Shown here: piece by piece, positions 1 to 9,083 of the stretch | Layout of the letters: each line of letters opens with the position of its first letter | Position numbering within the stretch: position 1 is the first letter of the stretch | From: Paludibacter sp. | GTDB lineage: Bacteria; Bacteroidota; Bacteroidia; Bacteroidales; Paludibacteraceae | Direction of reading: 5' to 3' | Assembly: GCA_028710895.1 (NCBI GenBank) | Contig: JAQTTH010000002.1 | Coordinates: 299,605-323,604 of the forward strand | Length of the DNA: 24,000 nt | Program-made: the position numbers and the translations under genes | The notes under the pieces: model-generated | Told to the model about the DNA's origin: nothing | Database searches by the model: none | Seen by the model: only the letters and a program-made list of their open reading frames with translations

Positions 1-1282
1 TGGGCTGCCTTTCGCTTTTTTCCGATCCGATATTAAATTTGGGTGTGCGAATAAAGGAACTTTTAATGCCCACATATGCTTCAATCACTGCAATTGTATT
101 ACTGAGCGAAAGCCCGAGCATATAAACCATAAACATAAAGAAATGATACGGATAAGTTAAGGCATTCTTGTTTCCTTTTTCAATGCTAAAATAGGGAACT
201 GTATAATAAATAAATAATATGATTGTTGGACTTAAGAATAATAAGCCAATATTTTTAATTGGATTTGTTGATTGCTCTTCGCCATATATTGTCATTACGG
301 GTACGCTTACTAAAGCCATTAAGAACACAAAAACAAAAGTAGTACTGTTGAATAAATGATAGAGTGCTTGCAATTTTTGAGTCTTTGTAATGTTGGATTT
401 TAGAACCGTTCCAAAATTGTTCACGAAATTTTGTGCTCCACCTTTTGTCCATCTAAATTGCTGACTACGGATAGCACTCATACTCACCGGTAACTCAGCT
501 GGCGAAATAACATCTTCCAGGTATTTAATTTTCCAACCTTTCAGTTGAGCACGATAACTTAAATCCAAATCTTCGGTAAGTGTATCACCTTTCCAATTTC
601 CGGCATCAAAAATGCACGATTTTCGCCAGACACCCGCCGTACCATTGAAATTGAGGAAATAGTTTTTTTCATCTCTAACCGATTGTTCCATGCTAAAATG
701 AGCATCTAATGCCATAGCTTGCAATTTAGTGTGCAAAGAGAAGTTCCGGTTTATATGCCCCCAGCGGGTTTGCACTACGCCAATACGAGCATCCGTGAAC
801 CATGCCATTGTTTTAGTCAGGAAGTCAGGACAAGGCATAAAATCAGCATCGAAAATGGCAATAAATTCTCCTGTGGCAATTTCTAACCCGGCTTTTAAAG
901 CGCCTGCTTTAAAACCATCTCTGTTAGTACGAACAATGTGCTTAATGTCAATTCCTTTTTTGCTAAGTTCCGCCACTTTCAGGGCAACATGCTCTACAGT
1001 TTCGTCGGTAGAGTCGTCCAACACCTGAATTTCAAGTTTGTCGGAAGGATAATTGATTTTTGAAACTACCTCTAACAATCTTTCAGCCACATACAATTCG
1101 TTGTAAATTGGTAACTGAATGGTTACTTTAGGAAAACTTGTCAGTTGTGGAAAATCCAACTTATCAACCAACTGTTTCTTTTTCAACTTTTTATACGAGA
1201 TCAAAATGTGAAGTTGGAACACACTGTAAATAAGAAAAAGAATGAGGCATAAAATGTAAAAGATCAGTAAAGTGATTCCCAT
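1..1282 (-). CDS. Glycosyltransferase family 2, membrane-associated (partial, runs off window start)
   Basis: Manual translation on the minus strand from ATG at 1282-1280 stays open to position 1. It gives MGITLLIFYILCLILFLIYSVFQLHILISYKKLKKKQ...FPKVTIQLPIYNELYVAERLLEVVSKINYPSDKLEIQVLDDSTDET...FDADFMPCPDFL...RWTKGGAQNF; GT2 DDS/DAD motifs. Not in the ORF track because it lacks a stop in the window. Confidence 0.88.
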   Translation of the reverse strand, partial: MGITLLIFYILCLILFLIYSVFQLHILISYKKLKKKQLVDKLDFPQLTSFPKVTIQLPIYNELYVAERLLEVVSKINYPSDKLEIQVLDDSTDETVEHVALKVAELSKKGIDIKHIVRTNRDGFKAGALKAGLEIATGEFIAIFDADFMPCPDFLTKTMAWFTDARIGVVQTRWGHINRNFSLHTKLQAMALDAHFSMEQSVRDEKNYFLNFNGTAGVWRKSCIFDAGNWKGDTLTEDLDLSYRAQLKGWKIKYLEDVISPAELPVSMSAIRSQQFRWTKGGAQNFVNNFGTVLKSNITKTQKLQALYHLFNSTTFVFVFLMALVSVPVMTIYGEEQSTNPIKNIGLLFLSPTIILFIYYTVPYFSIEKGNKNALTYPYHFFMFMVYMLGLSLSNTIAVIEAYVGIKSSFIRTPKFNIGSEKSERQP

Positions 1283-1286
1283 AAAA

Positions 1287-1982
1287 TTACATGTATTTGA
1301 ATATCGTTATTAGTATTTTATATCCAGCTCCAATTGTTCCTTTAATTGTTCCTGATACTTTGGAGACACCAATGCGTTGACGGTAGTTTATCGGCACTTC
1401 AACGCAATGCATTTTCATTTTGGCAGCTTTCACCTGCATTTCCACCGTCCAACCATACGTTTTATCCTGCATGTCCATTGCCAAAAGTTGATTAAACTTA
1501 ATAGCCCTGAACGGACCTAAATCGGTAAAATGCTCGTCGTAAAATAATCGAATCATTTTGGTAGCTAACCAATTACCAAAAATTTGCTGAGGTGTCATTG
1601 ACCCTTTTTCGCTCTTGCCTGTGTTGCGGGTTCCAATCACTAAATCGGCATTTAGTTCCAGAATTGGTTGAATAATCAATGGCAATTCAGCCGGAAAATC
1701 GGAATGGTCGGCATCCATAAAAACAATAATATCAGGTTGAATTTTCTGCATTGCAAAGTATTCAATACCTTTCAGGCAAGCCCAGCCATAACCCTGTCTG
1801 TTTTCAGTCAAAACAGTAGCTCCGTTTTCGGAAGCCACTTTAGCAGTGTGGTCGGTTGAATTATTGTTTACCACCACTATTTCGGATACGAGATGCTTCG
1901 GAATTTCTTGTATTACCTTGCCAACAGCCTCTTCTTCATTGTAAGCCGGTATTATAATGCCTATTTTAGGTTTATTGCTCAT
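1287..1982 (-). CDS. Glycosyltransferase family 2 (dolichol-phosphate mannosyltransferase/DPM1-like)
   Basis: ORF with IGIIIPAYNEEEAVGKVI...VVNNNSTDHT...VFMDADHSDFPAE motifs of GT2. Confidence 0.88.
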   Translation of the reverse strand: MSNKPKIGIIIPAYNEEEAVGKVIQEIPKHLVSEIVVVNNNSTDHTAKVASENGATVLTENRQGYGWACLKGIEYFAMQKIQPDIIVFMDADHSDFPAELPLIIQPILELNADLVIGTRNTGKSEKGSMTPQQIFGNWLATKMIRLFYDEHFTDLGPFRAIKFNQLLAMDMQDKTYGWTVEMQVKAAKMKMHCVEVPINYRQRIGVSKVSGTIKGTIGAGYKILITIFKYM

Positions 1983-2610
1983 ACATTTCTATTTGAATCA
2001 CTTTTCCATTTTTGTATTTTTTCCATTCACCCTTTGGTTGGTCGTTTTCATAAATTCCATCACGTGTTATACCATTGCCCAAATAATATCTGAAATATCC
2101 GTTACGCATACCGTTTTTAAAATAACCTTCGCACAATTTATTACCTTGTTCGTCAAAATCCTCCCACCATTCCGTTTTTTTATTGTTCAAGTATTCGCCC
2201 TTCTGTGCTATACTTCCGTTTGAATGATAGTGTATACCTGTTCCATTACGTTGGTCATTTTTGTACATTCCTTCAAACGATTTCAGTTTGCCTGGCAAAT
2301 ACTCTTCCCACCAACCTGTTTTTAAATTTTCCTCATAATGTCCGCCCCTTTGCCAATCACCATTCGGATAATAATATTTCCAATGGCCTGATTTTTTAGT
2401 ATTTATTAGCCAACCTTCATTTTGCAAATTTCCATTACTATAAAAAGATTTACTGTATTCTTTAGAAATGACAGCAACTTTACTTTCAACCAGTTTTCGA
2501 GTGCTGTTAGTAGTTTCAATTTCAGCTTCGTTATTTTTTCCACAAGCAAAAACTAACCCAACAACACACAAAAATACTGGAACAGTACGCAATAATATGC
2601 TCATAATCAA
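1972..2610 (-). CDS. MORN-repeat / YwqK-like lipoprotein
   Basis: Lipobox-like N-terminus (VFLCVVGLVFACG) and repeated NGNLQNEGWLINTKKSGHWKYYYPNGDWQRGGHYEENLKTGWWEEY units typical of YwqK/MORN proteins. Confidence 0.75.
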   Translation of the reverse strand: MIMSILLRTVPVFLCVVGLVFACGKNNEAEIETTNSTRKLVESKVAVISKEYSKSFYSNGNLQNEGWLINTKKSGHWKYYYPNGDWQRGGHYEENLKTGWWEEYLPGKLKSFEGMYKNDQRNGTGIHYHSNGSIAQKGEYLNNKKTEWWEDFDEQGNKLCEGYFKNGMRNGYFRYYLGNGITRDGIYENDQPKGEWKKYKNGKVIQIEMYEQ

Positions 2611-3488
2611 TGTATCAATCTAAATCCCACGTTAAAGGTTTCGCCTGCACCGGCATTTCTTCCAGCTGTAAATTTGGTATATAAAACTTCCGTTTCCAAT
2701 ACTCCTTTTATGAGTTGATATTTCATGCCAACTCCATTTTGTAAAAACCATGAAGAAATAAAGGGTTGCCCAAAACTTGGCCAATACTCATTTTGGAGGT
2801 AAAATGTAATTCTGTCGGTTGCATAATAGCTGAAAAAGGCACTCACCGGATTGGAAAAAGCCAGGCGACTTATGCCAGCTGCCTGTGGTTGTCGTTTATA
2901 GTAAAACCAAGGTGCAACCTGAAAGAACAGTTGAAATTTTGTTCCAATGGGCTGGTCGTAAAATAGTTGGGTGAACCAGATATAACTGTCATCGCTTAAG
3001 TAAGGTTTACCGTTTGTATGTCCTTCCAAATCAGTGGCAATAGGAAAAAGGAAAGTGGATTGCAGGGATAGTTTCGGCAAATTTCGAAAAGGTGCTATTT
3101 TTATTTTTGGGCCAAAACCAGCAACCGCCGTTCGTGAATTCATCGAGTTATCAAACTGAAATACAGCCAGTGGTGAGGAACCAGCAATGTCATTCCGAAC
3201 AGATTTAATCCAAATATCAGCCCCAATGTTCAATGTGGGGGAAATACCATACAGAAACTGGTTTATAGCTGTAAAATAACTGGCTCGTCCATTGTAATTG
3301 GTACGTGTCCCATTCGTATTGAACCCTTGGGTTTGTGTATACAGATTGTTGAATAATTTATATTCCCAATGGTTTTGACCAAGCAAAACCGAAGGGGAGT
3401 ATGCCTGCATGTTTATTTCCGCTACATCGTCTTGCGAATAGGCACAGATAGATAAGAAACAAAATAATATGATTAATTTATTTTTCAT
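2607..3488 (-). CDS. Outer-membrane beta-barrel-like hypothetical protein
   Basis: Signal peptide (MKNKLIILFCFLSICAYSQ) and aromatic-rich alternating strands; no catalytic motif seen. Confidence 0.5.
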   Translation of the reverse strand: MKNKLIILFCFLSICAYSQDDVAEINMQAYSPSVLLGQNHWEYKLFNNLYTQTQGFNTNGTRTNYNGRASYFTAINQFLYGISPTLNIGADIWIKSVRNDIAGSSPLAVFQFDNSMNSRTAVAGFGPKIKIAPFRNLPKLSLQSTFLFPIATDLEGHTNGKPYLSDDSYIWFTQLFYDQPIGTKFQLFFQVAPWFYYKRQPQAAGISRLAFSNPVSAFFSYYATDRITFYLQNEYWPSFGQPFISSWFLQNGVGMKYQLIKGVLETEVLYTKFTAGRNAGAGETFNVGFRLIH

Positions 3489-4861
3489 TTTTTATAGCTG
3501 AATGTTTTACCAATTCTTCCTTCCAATTTTCCGTTCTCTAATTTCAATACACCACGTGGACAAACAGCCGAACAAATACCACAACCCACACACGATGCAC
3601 GTACAATGTTTTCACCTTTTTGAGCATACGCACGCACGTCAATACCCATTTCGCAATAAGTGGAGCAGTTACCGCACGAAATGCACTGACCACCATTGGT
3701 GGTAATCCGAAAACGTGATTTGAAGCGTTGAATTATGCCCATATAGGCTGCCATAGGGCAACCAAACCGGCACCATACACGACTACCCAATATAGGATAA
3801 AAACCAACGCCCACAACACCAGAGAAAGCAGCACCAATAAGAAAACCGTAAGGATGCGTGAAATAAGTGTAAATATCCAAGCCCAGGAATGTACTACTTC
3901 CACTGAAATAACCATACAATACAACTAATGTTATCAATGTGATTAATAATAAAATCCCATAAATCAAATACCGTTCAATTTTCCAGGCTCTCACACTTTT
4001 GTCAGACAAATGACGAAAAGGATCTCCGGCAGTTTCTGCCAAACCTCCGCAACCACACACCCAAGAACAATACCATCGTTTACCAAAATAATAGGTCAGG
4101 AAGGGCGTAATCACAAGAAAACCGATAATACCCCAAACGAGATAAACCATACCCAATGAGCCACCGTGCACCATATTATTTAAATGCCAATCGTTGAAAA
4201 AATAGTAGTTCAATGGCCAGAAATATTTAATGTCCATTGCAAAATATGCTTTATCCGAATTTAAACCCTCCATAATGTTGGGAATTAAATACGCCAAAAA
4301 AAGTTGTGCTATTATTACTACAATCGTGCGGATAATCTGGTATCTGTTGTGTCGGTACTTAAGAATAAATTTGATACCCAGTGTTGTAATTATGAGCGTA
4401 TAAAGCGTACCATACACAAACCATTGCGTAGCCGGCTTACCTGTAAAAAGGTCACTCAAGGGGTTAAATAAAGCGATAAGGTTGGTATTGGCTGCACCCT
4501 TTACTCCCTGACCTAAGTATTCGGGAAACCAATAAAGTACCACATAAAAACCGGTGAGAATAACTGCTGTTATCCAACCCAACAATCCTTTAGAAGTAAG
4601 CGAATTGAACCAGATCCCATGATTCTTAATGCCTGCGGGCAAGCTAATATAGGTTTTGATTGCATAAATCGACGTGCCGACAAAGATAGAAAGTAGCGAT
4701 ACGGTTAGCAGCAAACCGTTGTTTTCGAACTCAACACCAAATAATGTCACTGCCAAAATTAAAAGTCCGAGCGCAGAGAGCGACAGACCAAGCTTTTGAA
4801 GAAATCCTGTTTTATAGGGTTGAATATCAACCACTGACAAACTGTTATATATTGGTTTCAT
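3485..4861 (-). CDS. Polytopic membrane protein with C-terminal 4Fe-4S ferredoxin domain (NapH/CcoG/NosR-like)
   Basis: Several TM segments; CSWVCGCGG and GCPMAAY motifs; two clusters CISCGNCSTYCEMG and CVGCGICSAVCPRG. Confidence 0.85.
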   Translation of the reverse strand: MKPIYNSLSVVDIQPYKTGFLQKLGLSLSALGLLILAVTLFGVEFENNGLLLTVSLLSIFVGTSIYAIKTYISLPAGIKNHGIWFNSLTSKGLLGWITAVILTGFYVVLYWFPEYLGQGVKGAANTNLIALFNPLSDLFTGKPATQWFVYGTLYTLIITTLGIKFILKYRHNRYQIIRTIVVIIAQLFLAYLIPNIMEGLNSDKAYFAMDIKYFWPLNYYFFNDWHLNNMVHGGSLGMVYLVWGIIGFLVITPFLTYYFGKRWYCSWVCGCGGLAETAGDPFRHLSDKSVRAWKIERYLIYGILLLITLITLVVLYGYFSGSSTFLGLDIYTYFTHPYGFLIGAAFSGVVGVGFYPILGSRVWCRFGCPMAAYMGIIQRFKSRFRITTNGGQCISCGNCSTYCEMGIDVRAYAQKGENIVRASCVGCGICSAVCPRGVLKLENGKLEGRIGKTFSYKK

Positions 4862-4920
4862 ATTATAAATAGATTGACCCCCTAACCCCCAAAGGGGGAA
4901 TAAAGAGGGAGATTAGACTT

Positions 4921-6213
4921 TTAAATCAAATTACACACAGTTGATTTGTCGAATTGATTTTTAATTTCGGCTTCGTGATGTTTGAAAAACTCAGGATCGA
5001 AATTGGCTGTTTTCAAATTGTCAATTACATATTCTATGTTTTTCTTTTCCTGAATCCATTGGTCAAAGACTTCGTGTCGCAAGCGGATTCCAAACACATT
5101 TACACCTAAAATATGATTGCCAATCTTGTCGTAAATCAAACGAAGCGATTTAAATTCATTTTTTGATTTCCAAAAAAATGTAGCTTCGTTTTCTTTGGGT
5201 TTCGCCCATACCCAGCCATAAGTTTGATATTCCACATCGAAAAACTTAGCTGAATTAAACCATATTCCGGGTTGATAATCAGACCGATTACCACAAATGG
5301 AATTAGCAACCGTTTCGCCCATGATACGGCCTGTGTACCAAACCTGTTCAATGGGTTTTCGACCACCGGTGGGTGTACGGTGTTGTGCGCAATCGCCAAT
5401 GGCATACACATTCGCCACATTTGTTTCCAAAAATTCATTTACCAGAACTCCCCTTTCTATCTCAATTCCGGAATCTTTCAGAAAATCGATATTGGGTGTA
5501 ACGCCAACCGTTAAGCCAACAAGCTGACATTCAATTTCTTCGTTTTTGCTTGTTACAATAGATTTCACTTTTCCCGTACCAGAGTCTTTAATTTCTATAA
5601 GTTCTGTATTTAGTTGTAAATCAATATGGTGTAATTTTATCAATTCATTAATCATAGCTGATTCTTCATTAGGTAACACGCCATTCCAGAAACTTTTTTC
5701 GCGCACCAGCATGGTTACTTCAATGTTTTTTGATAATAGCATTTCAGCTAATTCAATGCCTATTAAGCCGCCACCTACAATTACTGCGCGCTTTATGGTT
5801 TTATAACTTTTGGTTAGTTTCTCCAAATCTTGTTTATGATATAAACCCTGTACACCGTCCAAATCCTGACCCGGCCAACCAAATTTGTTTGATTTAGAAC
5901 CAGTGGCAATAATTAAATCGTCGTATTGTAGCGATTTCCCTGTTTTCAACAGAACAGATTTTTGATTTGGATCCACTTTCAAAACTGTATCATGCAGCAA
6001 ATCAATCTTGTTCTTTTCCCAAAAATCATTTTCGTAGGGCTGTGTGTGCTCAAACTTCATGTGACCCATAAACACGTACATTAATGCGGTGCGACTGAAA
6101 AAAAAAGGACTTTCTTCGGAAATGACCGTGATACGGTTGTCGTTTTTTTTTCGGATATTTCGCGCTGCAGTAATTCCCGAAATTCCATTTCCTATAATCA
6201 CAATGTGTTTCAT
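4921..6213 (-). CDS. NAD(P)/FAD-dependent pyridine nucleotide-disulfide oxidoreductase
   Basis: N-terminal FAD motif IVIIGNGISGITAARN, NAD motif RAVIVGGGLIGIELAEML, and VANVYAIGDCAQ. Confidence 0.9.
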   Translation of the reverse strand: MKHIVIIGNGISGITAARNIRKKNDNRITVISEESPFFFSRTALMYVFMGHMKFEHTQPYENDFWEKNKIDLLHDTVLKVDPNQKSVLLKTGKSLQYDDLIIATGSKSNKFGWPGQDLDGVQGLYHKQDLEKLTKSYKTIKRAVIVGGGLIGIELAEMLLSKNIEVTMLVREKSFWNGVLPNEESAMINELIKLHHIDLQLNTELIEIKDSGTGKVKSIVTSKNEEIECQLVGLTVGVTPNIDFLKDSGIEIERGVLVNEFLETNVANVYAIGDCAQHRTPTGGRKPIEQVWYTGRIMGETVANSICGNRSDYQPGIWFNSAKFFDVEYQTYGWVWAKPKENEATFFWKSKNEFKSLRLIYDKIGNHILGVNVFGIRLRHEVFDQWIQEKKNIEYVIDNLKTANFDPEFFKHHEAEIKNQFDKSTVCNLI

Positions 6214-6301
6214 CTGTATATAATTGTTTTTTAGTTGTCAGATGGAACTCGCACATAAACATTTCCTCGTGAGTGAGTATATATTCGTTGTGCTCGTTTC
6301 A

Positions 6302-7114
6302 TTAGAGTTGCTGTATTAGTTGGGTGTATAATGTAATAAGTTTTGCTTCGGCTTGACCGGCAATGGCAATAATTTCGGGGATATTAACAGGTTTCAGATT
6401 GGCAGGGTCGCATTCGTCGGTCAGTACCGAAATGGCAGCACAAGGCAATCCAATTTGATTGGCTACCAATACTTCAGGCACAGTTGACATACCCACAGCA
6501 TCTGCTCCAATAATTTTCAAATAGCGATATTCCGCACGTGTTTCCAGATTTGGGCCTTTTAAAGCAGCATAAACGCCTTCCCGCAGAATTAGATTTTCTT
6601 TGAGTGCAATTTGTTTGAGTAAGTTGTTTAATTTACTTGAATAGGGTGCCGACATATCGGTAAATCGAGGACCTTGCGAATCATCCTTCAACCCAACAAG
6701 CGGACTATCGGGCAATAAATCAATGTGGTCATCAATAAGCATTAAATCACCTTTTTTGTAATCAAGATTAATAGCTCCTGCTGCATTTGAAAGTAATAAA
6801 TATTTCACGCCCAATGCTTTCATTACACGCACAGGAAAGGTTATTTGCTGCATAGAATAACCTTCGTAAAAATGGAAACGACCTTGCATAGCCAGCACCT
6901 TTTTGCCATTAAGCGTTCCATAAATCAATTTTCCGGAATGAAATTCAACGGTAGATTTTACGAAATTGGGGATATCAACATAATCAATTTGTTGACTAAT
7001 AGCAATTGAATCGACCAACTTGCCTAGCCCTGTTCCCAACACAATTCCTATTTCGGGTTGAAGAATGCCTTTGCTTTCTAAAAAGCTTACTGTTTCATTA
7101 ATTTGATTTTGCAT
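6302..7114 (-). CDS. Purine-nucleoside phosphorylase
   Basis: IGIVLGTGLGKL, GRFHFYEGYSMQQITFPVRVMKALGVKYLLLSNAAGAIN, GPNLETRAEYR, GADAVGMSTVPEV; classic trimeric PNP motifs. Confidence 0.92.
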   Translation of the reverse strand: MQNQINETVSFLESKGILQPEIGIVLGTGLGKLVDSIAISQQIDYVDIPNFVKSTVEFHSGKLIYGTLNGKKVLAMQGRFHFYEGYSMQQITFPVRVMKALGVKYLLLSNAAGAINLDYKKGDLMLIDDHIDLLPDSPLVGLKDDSQGPRFTDMSAPYSSKLNNLLKQIALKENLILREGVYAALKGPNLETRAEYRYLKIIGADAVGMSTVPEVLVANQIGLPCAAISVLTDECDPANLKPVNIPEIIAIAGQAEAKLITLYTQLIQQL

Positions 7115-7125
7115 AGAAATATTTT

Positions 7126-7956
7126 TTATGATTTACAATTGTCATTATTACAGCATCCGCCATCGGTTGTACTTTTTTTCATTGCCGGTTCCAGTATTTT
7201 AGTAAAGAACAATGCAGCGAATATTCCACCTACAATTGGAGCAAGCATATAAACGAGAAAAAATCCACCTTGTTGGTCGGGAAAAGCAGCATTACCCCAA
7301 CCAAACATCCAAGCTATCATTCGCGGTCCAAAATCTCTAGCCGGGTTCAAGCCTGCTTGTGTAAGTGGTGCTATCAGGCAAATTATTGAACTAACGGTTA
7401 ATCCTATAAACACAGGCGCAATAGCATTACTTGGCTTACCCACATTGCAGCCTTCGGTAAGTGCAAAAATCATGAGTAATAATATAAAAGTGCCAAAAGC
7501 TTCAGCTGCCATCGCCAATAGCATACCGATACCATGACCACCAATATTATAATACTCCCCAAACATCTTGGCTATTTTTGCTGATTCTTCGGAACCACGG
7601 ATTATATTTTGTGTTTGCTCAAACGAACTAATTGAAGACGAGAATAATATATATACCGTAAGACCTGCAACAAACGCGCCCAGTATTTGAGCGATAATGT
7701 ATGCCGGCAATCTGTCGGCTGACATTCGTTTGCTTATTACCATAGCAATACTAACAGCGGGGTTGAGATGTGCACAGCACAAATGTCGGGTGAGGTAAAT
7801 GGCAAGTGTGACACCAATTCCCCATACCAATGCTATCTGTAAAATGCCCTGATATCCGTTAAACAACACTGATACTGCTACCGAACCGCATCCAAAAAGA
7901 ACAAGTATAAATGTTCCCAAAAACTCACCTAAAAATTCGTTTTTATATTTTAGCAT
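7126..7956 (-). CDS. MIP family channel (aquaporin / GlpF-like)
   Basis: GTFILVLFGCGSVA, NPA motifs HLNPAVS and GLNPARDFGPR. Confidence 0.92.
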   Translation of the reverse strand: MLKYKNEFLGEFLGTFILVLFGCGSVAVSVLFNGYQGILQIALVWGIGVTLAIYLTRHLCCAHLNPAVSIAMVISKRMSADRLPAYIIAQILGAFVAGLTVYILFSSSISSFEQTQNIIRGSEESAKIAKMFGEYYNIGGHGIGMLLAMAAEAFGTFILLLMIFALTEGCNVGKPSNAIAPVFIGLTVSSIICLIAPLTQAGLNPARDFGPRMIAWMFGWGNAAFPDQQGGFFLVYMLAPIVGGIFAALFFTKILEPAMKKSTTDGGCCNNDNCKS

Positions 7957-7963
7957 ACATTTC

Positions 7964-8596
7964 TTACTTATATTCCTGAATTAATTTCACTAACTGCGTG
8001 TACTTCATTACATCTTCAACTTTATCCACATCATTCAGCGGAATTAAAGTGTTGTAGGTTAGTTTTTCATTTTCCAACACTGCTATCGTCTGTTTTAGTG
8101 TTTTGTCGGTACTCCATTCAATGTCTTCAAAAAGTGCCGAATGATTTCTCGTCATTCCCAATAAATAGTATCCTCCATCGTTAGCAGGACCAATCACACA
8201 ATCGGTTGATTTTAATTTTTCAAAAGCATCGGCAATTATTTCTGACGTTATTTCATAATTATCGCTGCCAATAATCACTACTCTCGAAAATCCAGCATCA
8301 AAAGCTGCATCAAACGCTCCTTTCATCCGAGTGCCTAAATCAGCTCCATGTTGCTCATGAACCTGAATATTACCCTTTATTTCTAATGAAAACTCTGAAG
8401 CTTCAGCCACAAAAACCAACTTTTCGACATCCAATTGCTCAACTACCTGAATGGTATAATTAAGCAATTCGGTATAAATCAAAAGTGCTTTCAGATTGCC
8501 AATCTCATTTCCAATTCGGGTCTTAACCTTACCTAATTCCGGGTTTCGGACAAACACGATTAAAGCATCGGTTTTATTCATACACTTTATCGCCAT
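7964..8596 (-). CDS. TIGR04282-like glycosyltransferase associated with arsenosugar biosynthesis
   Basis: LIVFVRNPELGKVKTRIG...GADLGTRMKGAFDAAFDAGFSRVVIIGSDNYEIT...IGPANDGGYYLLGM, typical of this family, plus position next to ArsS/ArsM. Confidence 0.85.
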   Translation of the reverse strand: MAIKCMNKTDALIVFVRNPELGKVKTRIGNEIGNLKALLIYTELLNYTIQVVEQLDVEKLVFVAEASEFSLEIKGNIQVHEQHGADLGTRMKGAFDAAFDAGFSRVVIIGSDNYEITSEIIADAFEKLKSTDCVIGPANDGGYYLLGMTRNHSALFEDIEWSTDKTLKQTIAVLENEKLTYNTLIPLNDVDKVEDVMKYTQLVKLIQEYK

Positions 8597-9083
8597 TAGT
8601 CAGCCACTTGCCCCAATCCTTATTATAGGCATGTATTTTATCTGTTTTTTGTTCGGTATTATCAACTACATCAAAGCCCAGGTTTACCCACTCAAAAAGT
8701 CCACCATAAAGATTAAAGACATTTTTATAACCCGCTTTTCGAAGTTTTTCACCTACTCGCTCGCTGCGGTATCCTACTGAGCAATAGACTACTATAGTAT
8801 CCGATTTGGCAATGTCTTTTACTTTTTCGAGTGTAAACGTGTCATAATCAACGAATTTTGCTCCATCAATATGGCTGGCATCGTATTCACTTTGTTTGCG
8901 TGTATCGAGTATTACGATAGCGTTTGGCTCTGATAGCTTTAGTTTTAATTCGGCTGCATTTATAAACGCAACGGTGTTTTTATACATTCCTTTTAGCATG
9001 GCATGATATTGAGTTGTTGATTGAGAAAATGTGCTACCAACAATTGTAAATAATGCGATAAATAATATTACATTTTTTTTCAT
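8574..9083 (-). CDS. Rhodanese-like domain protein, secreted/periplasmic
   Basis: Signal peptide MKKNVILFIALFTIVGSTFS; DTRKQSEYDASHIDGAKFVDYD and IVVYCSVGYRSERVGEKLRKAGY active-site loop. Confidence 0.88.
   Translation of the reverse strand: MKKNVILFIALFTIVGSTFSQSTTQYHAMLKGMYKNTVAFINAAELKLKLSEPNAIVILDTRKQSEYDASHIDGAKFVDYDTFTLEKVKDIAKSDTIVVYCSVGYRSERVGEKLRKAGYKNVFNLYGGLFEWVNLGFDVVDNTEQKTDKIHAYNKDWGKWLTNGDKVYE

Noticed and set aside
729-1028. 99-aa plus-strand ORF
   Set aside because: Antisense to the well-supported GT2 coding frame; spurious. The same applies to the other short ORFs opposite strong genes (for example 5297-5806 +, 9481-9732 +, 12325-12576 +, 21001-21219 +).
8574-9083. Rhodanese protein as arsenate reductase
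   Set aside because: Signal peptide and canonical rhodanese active-site loop (CSVGYRSE) support a rhodanese-like call; nothing specifically indicates arsenate reductase activity.
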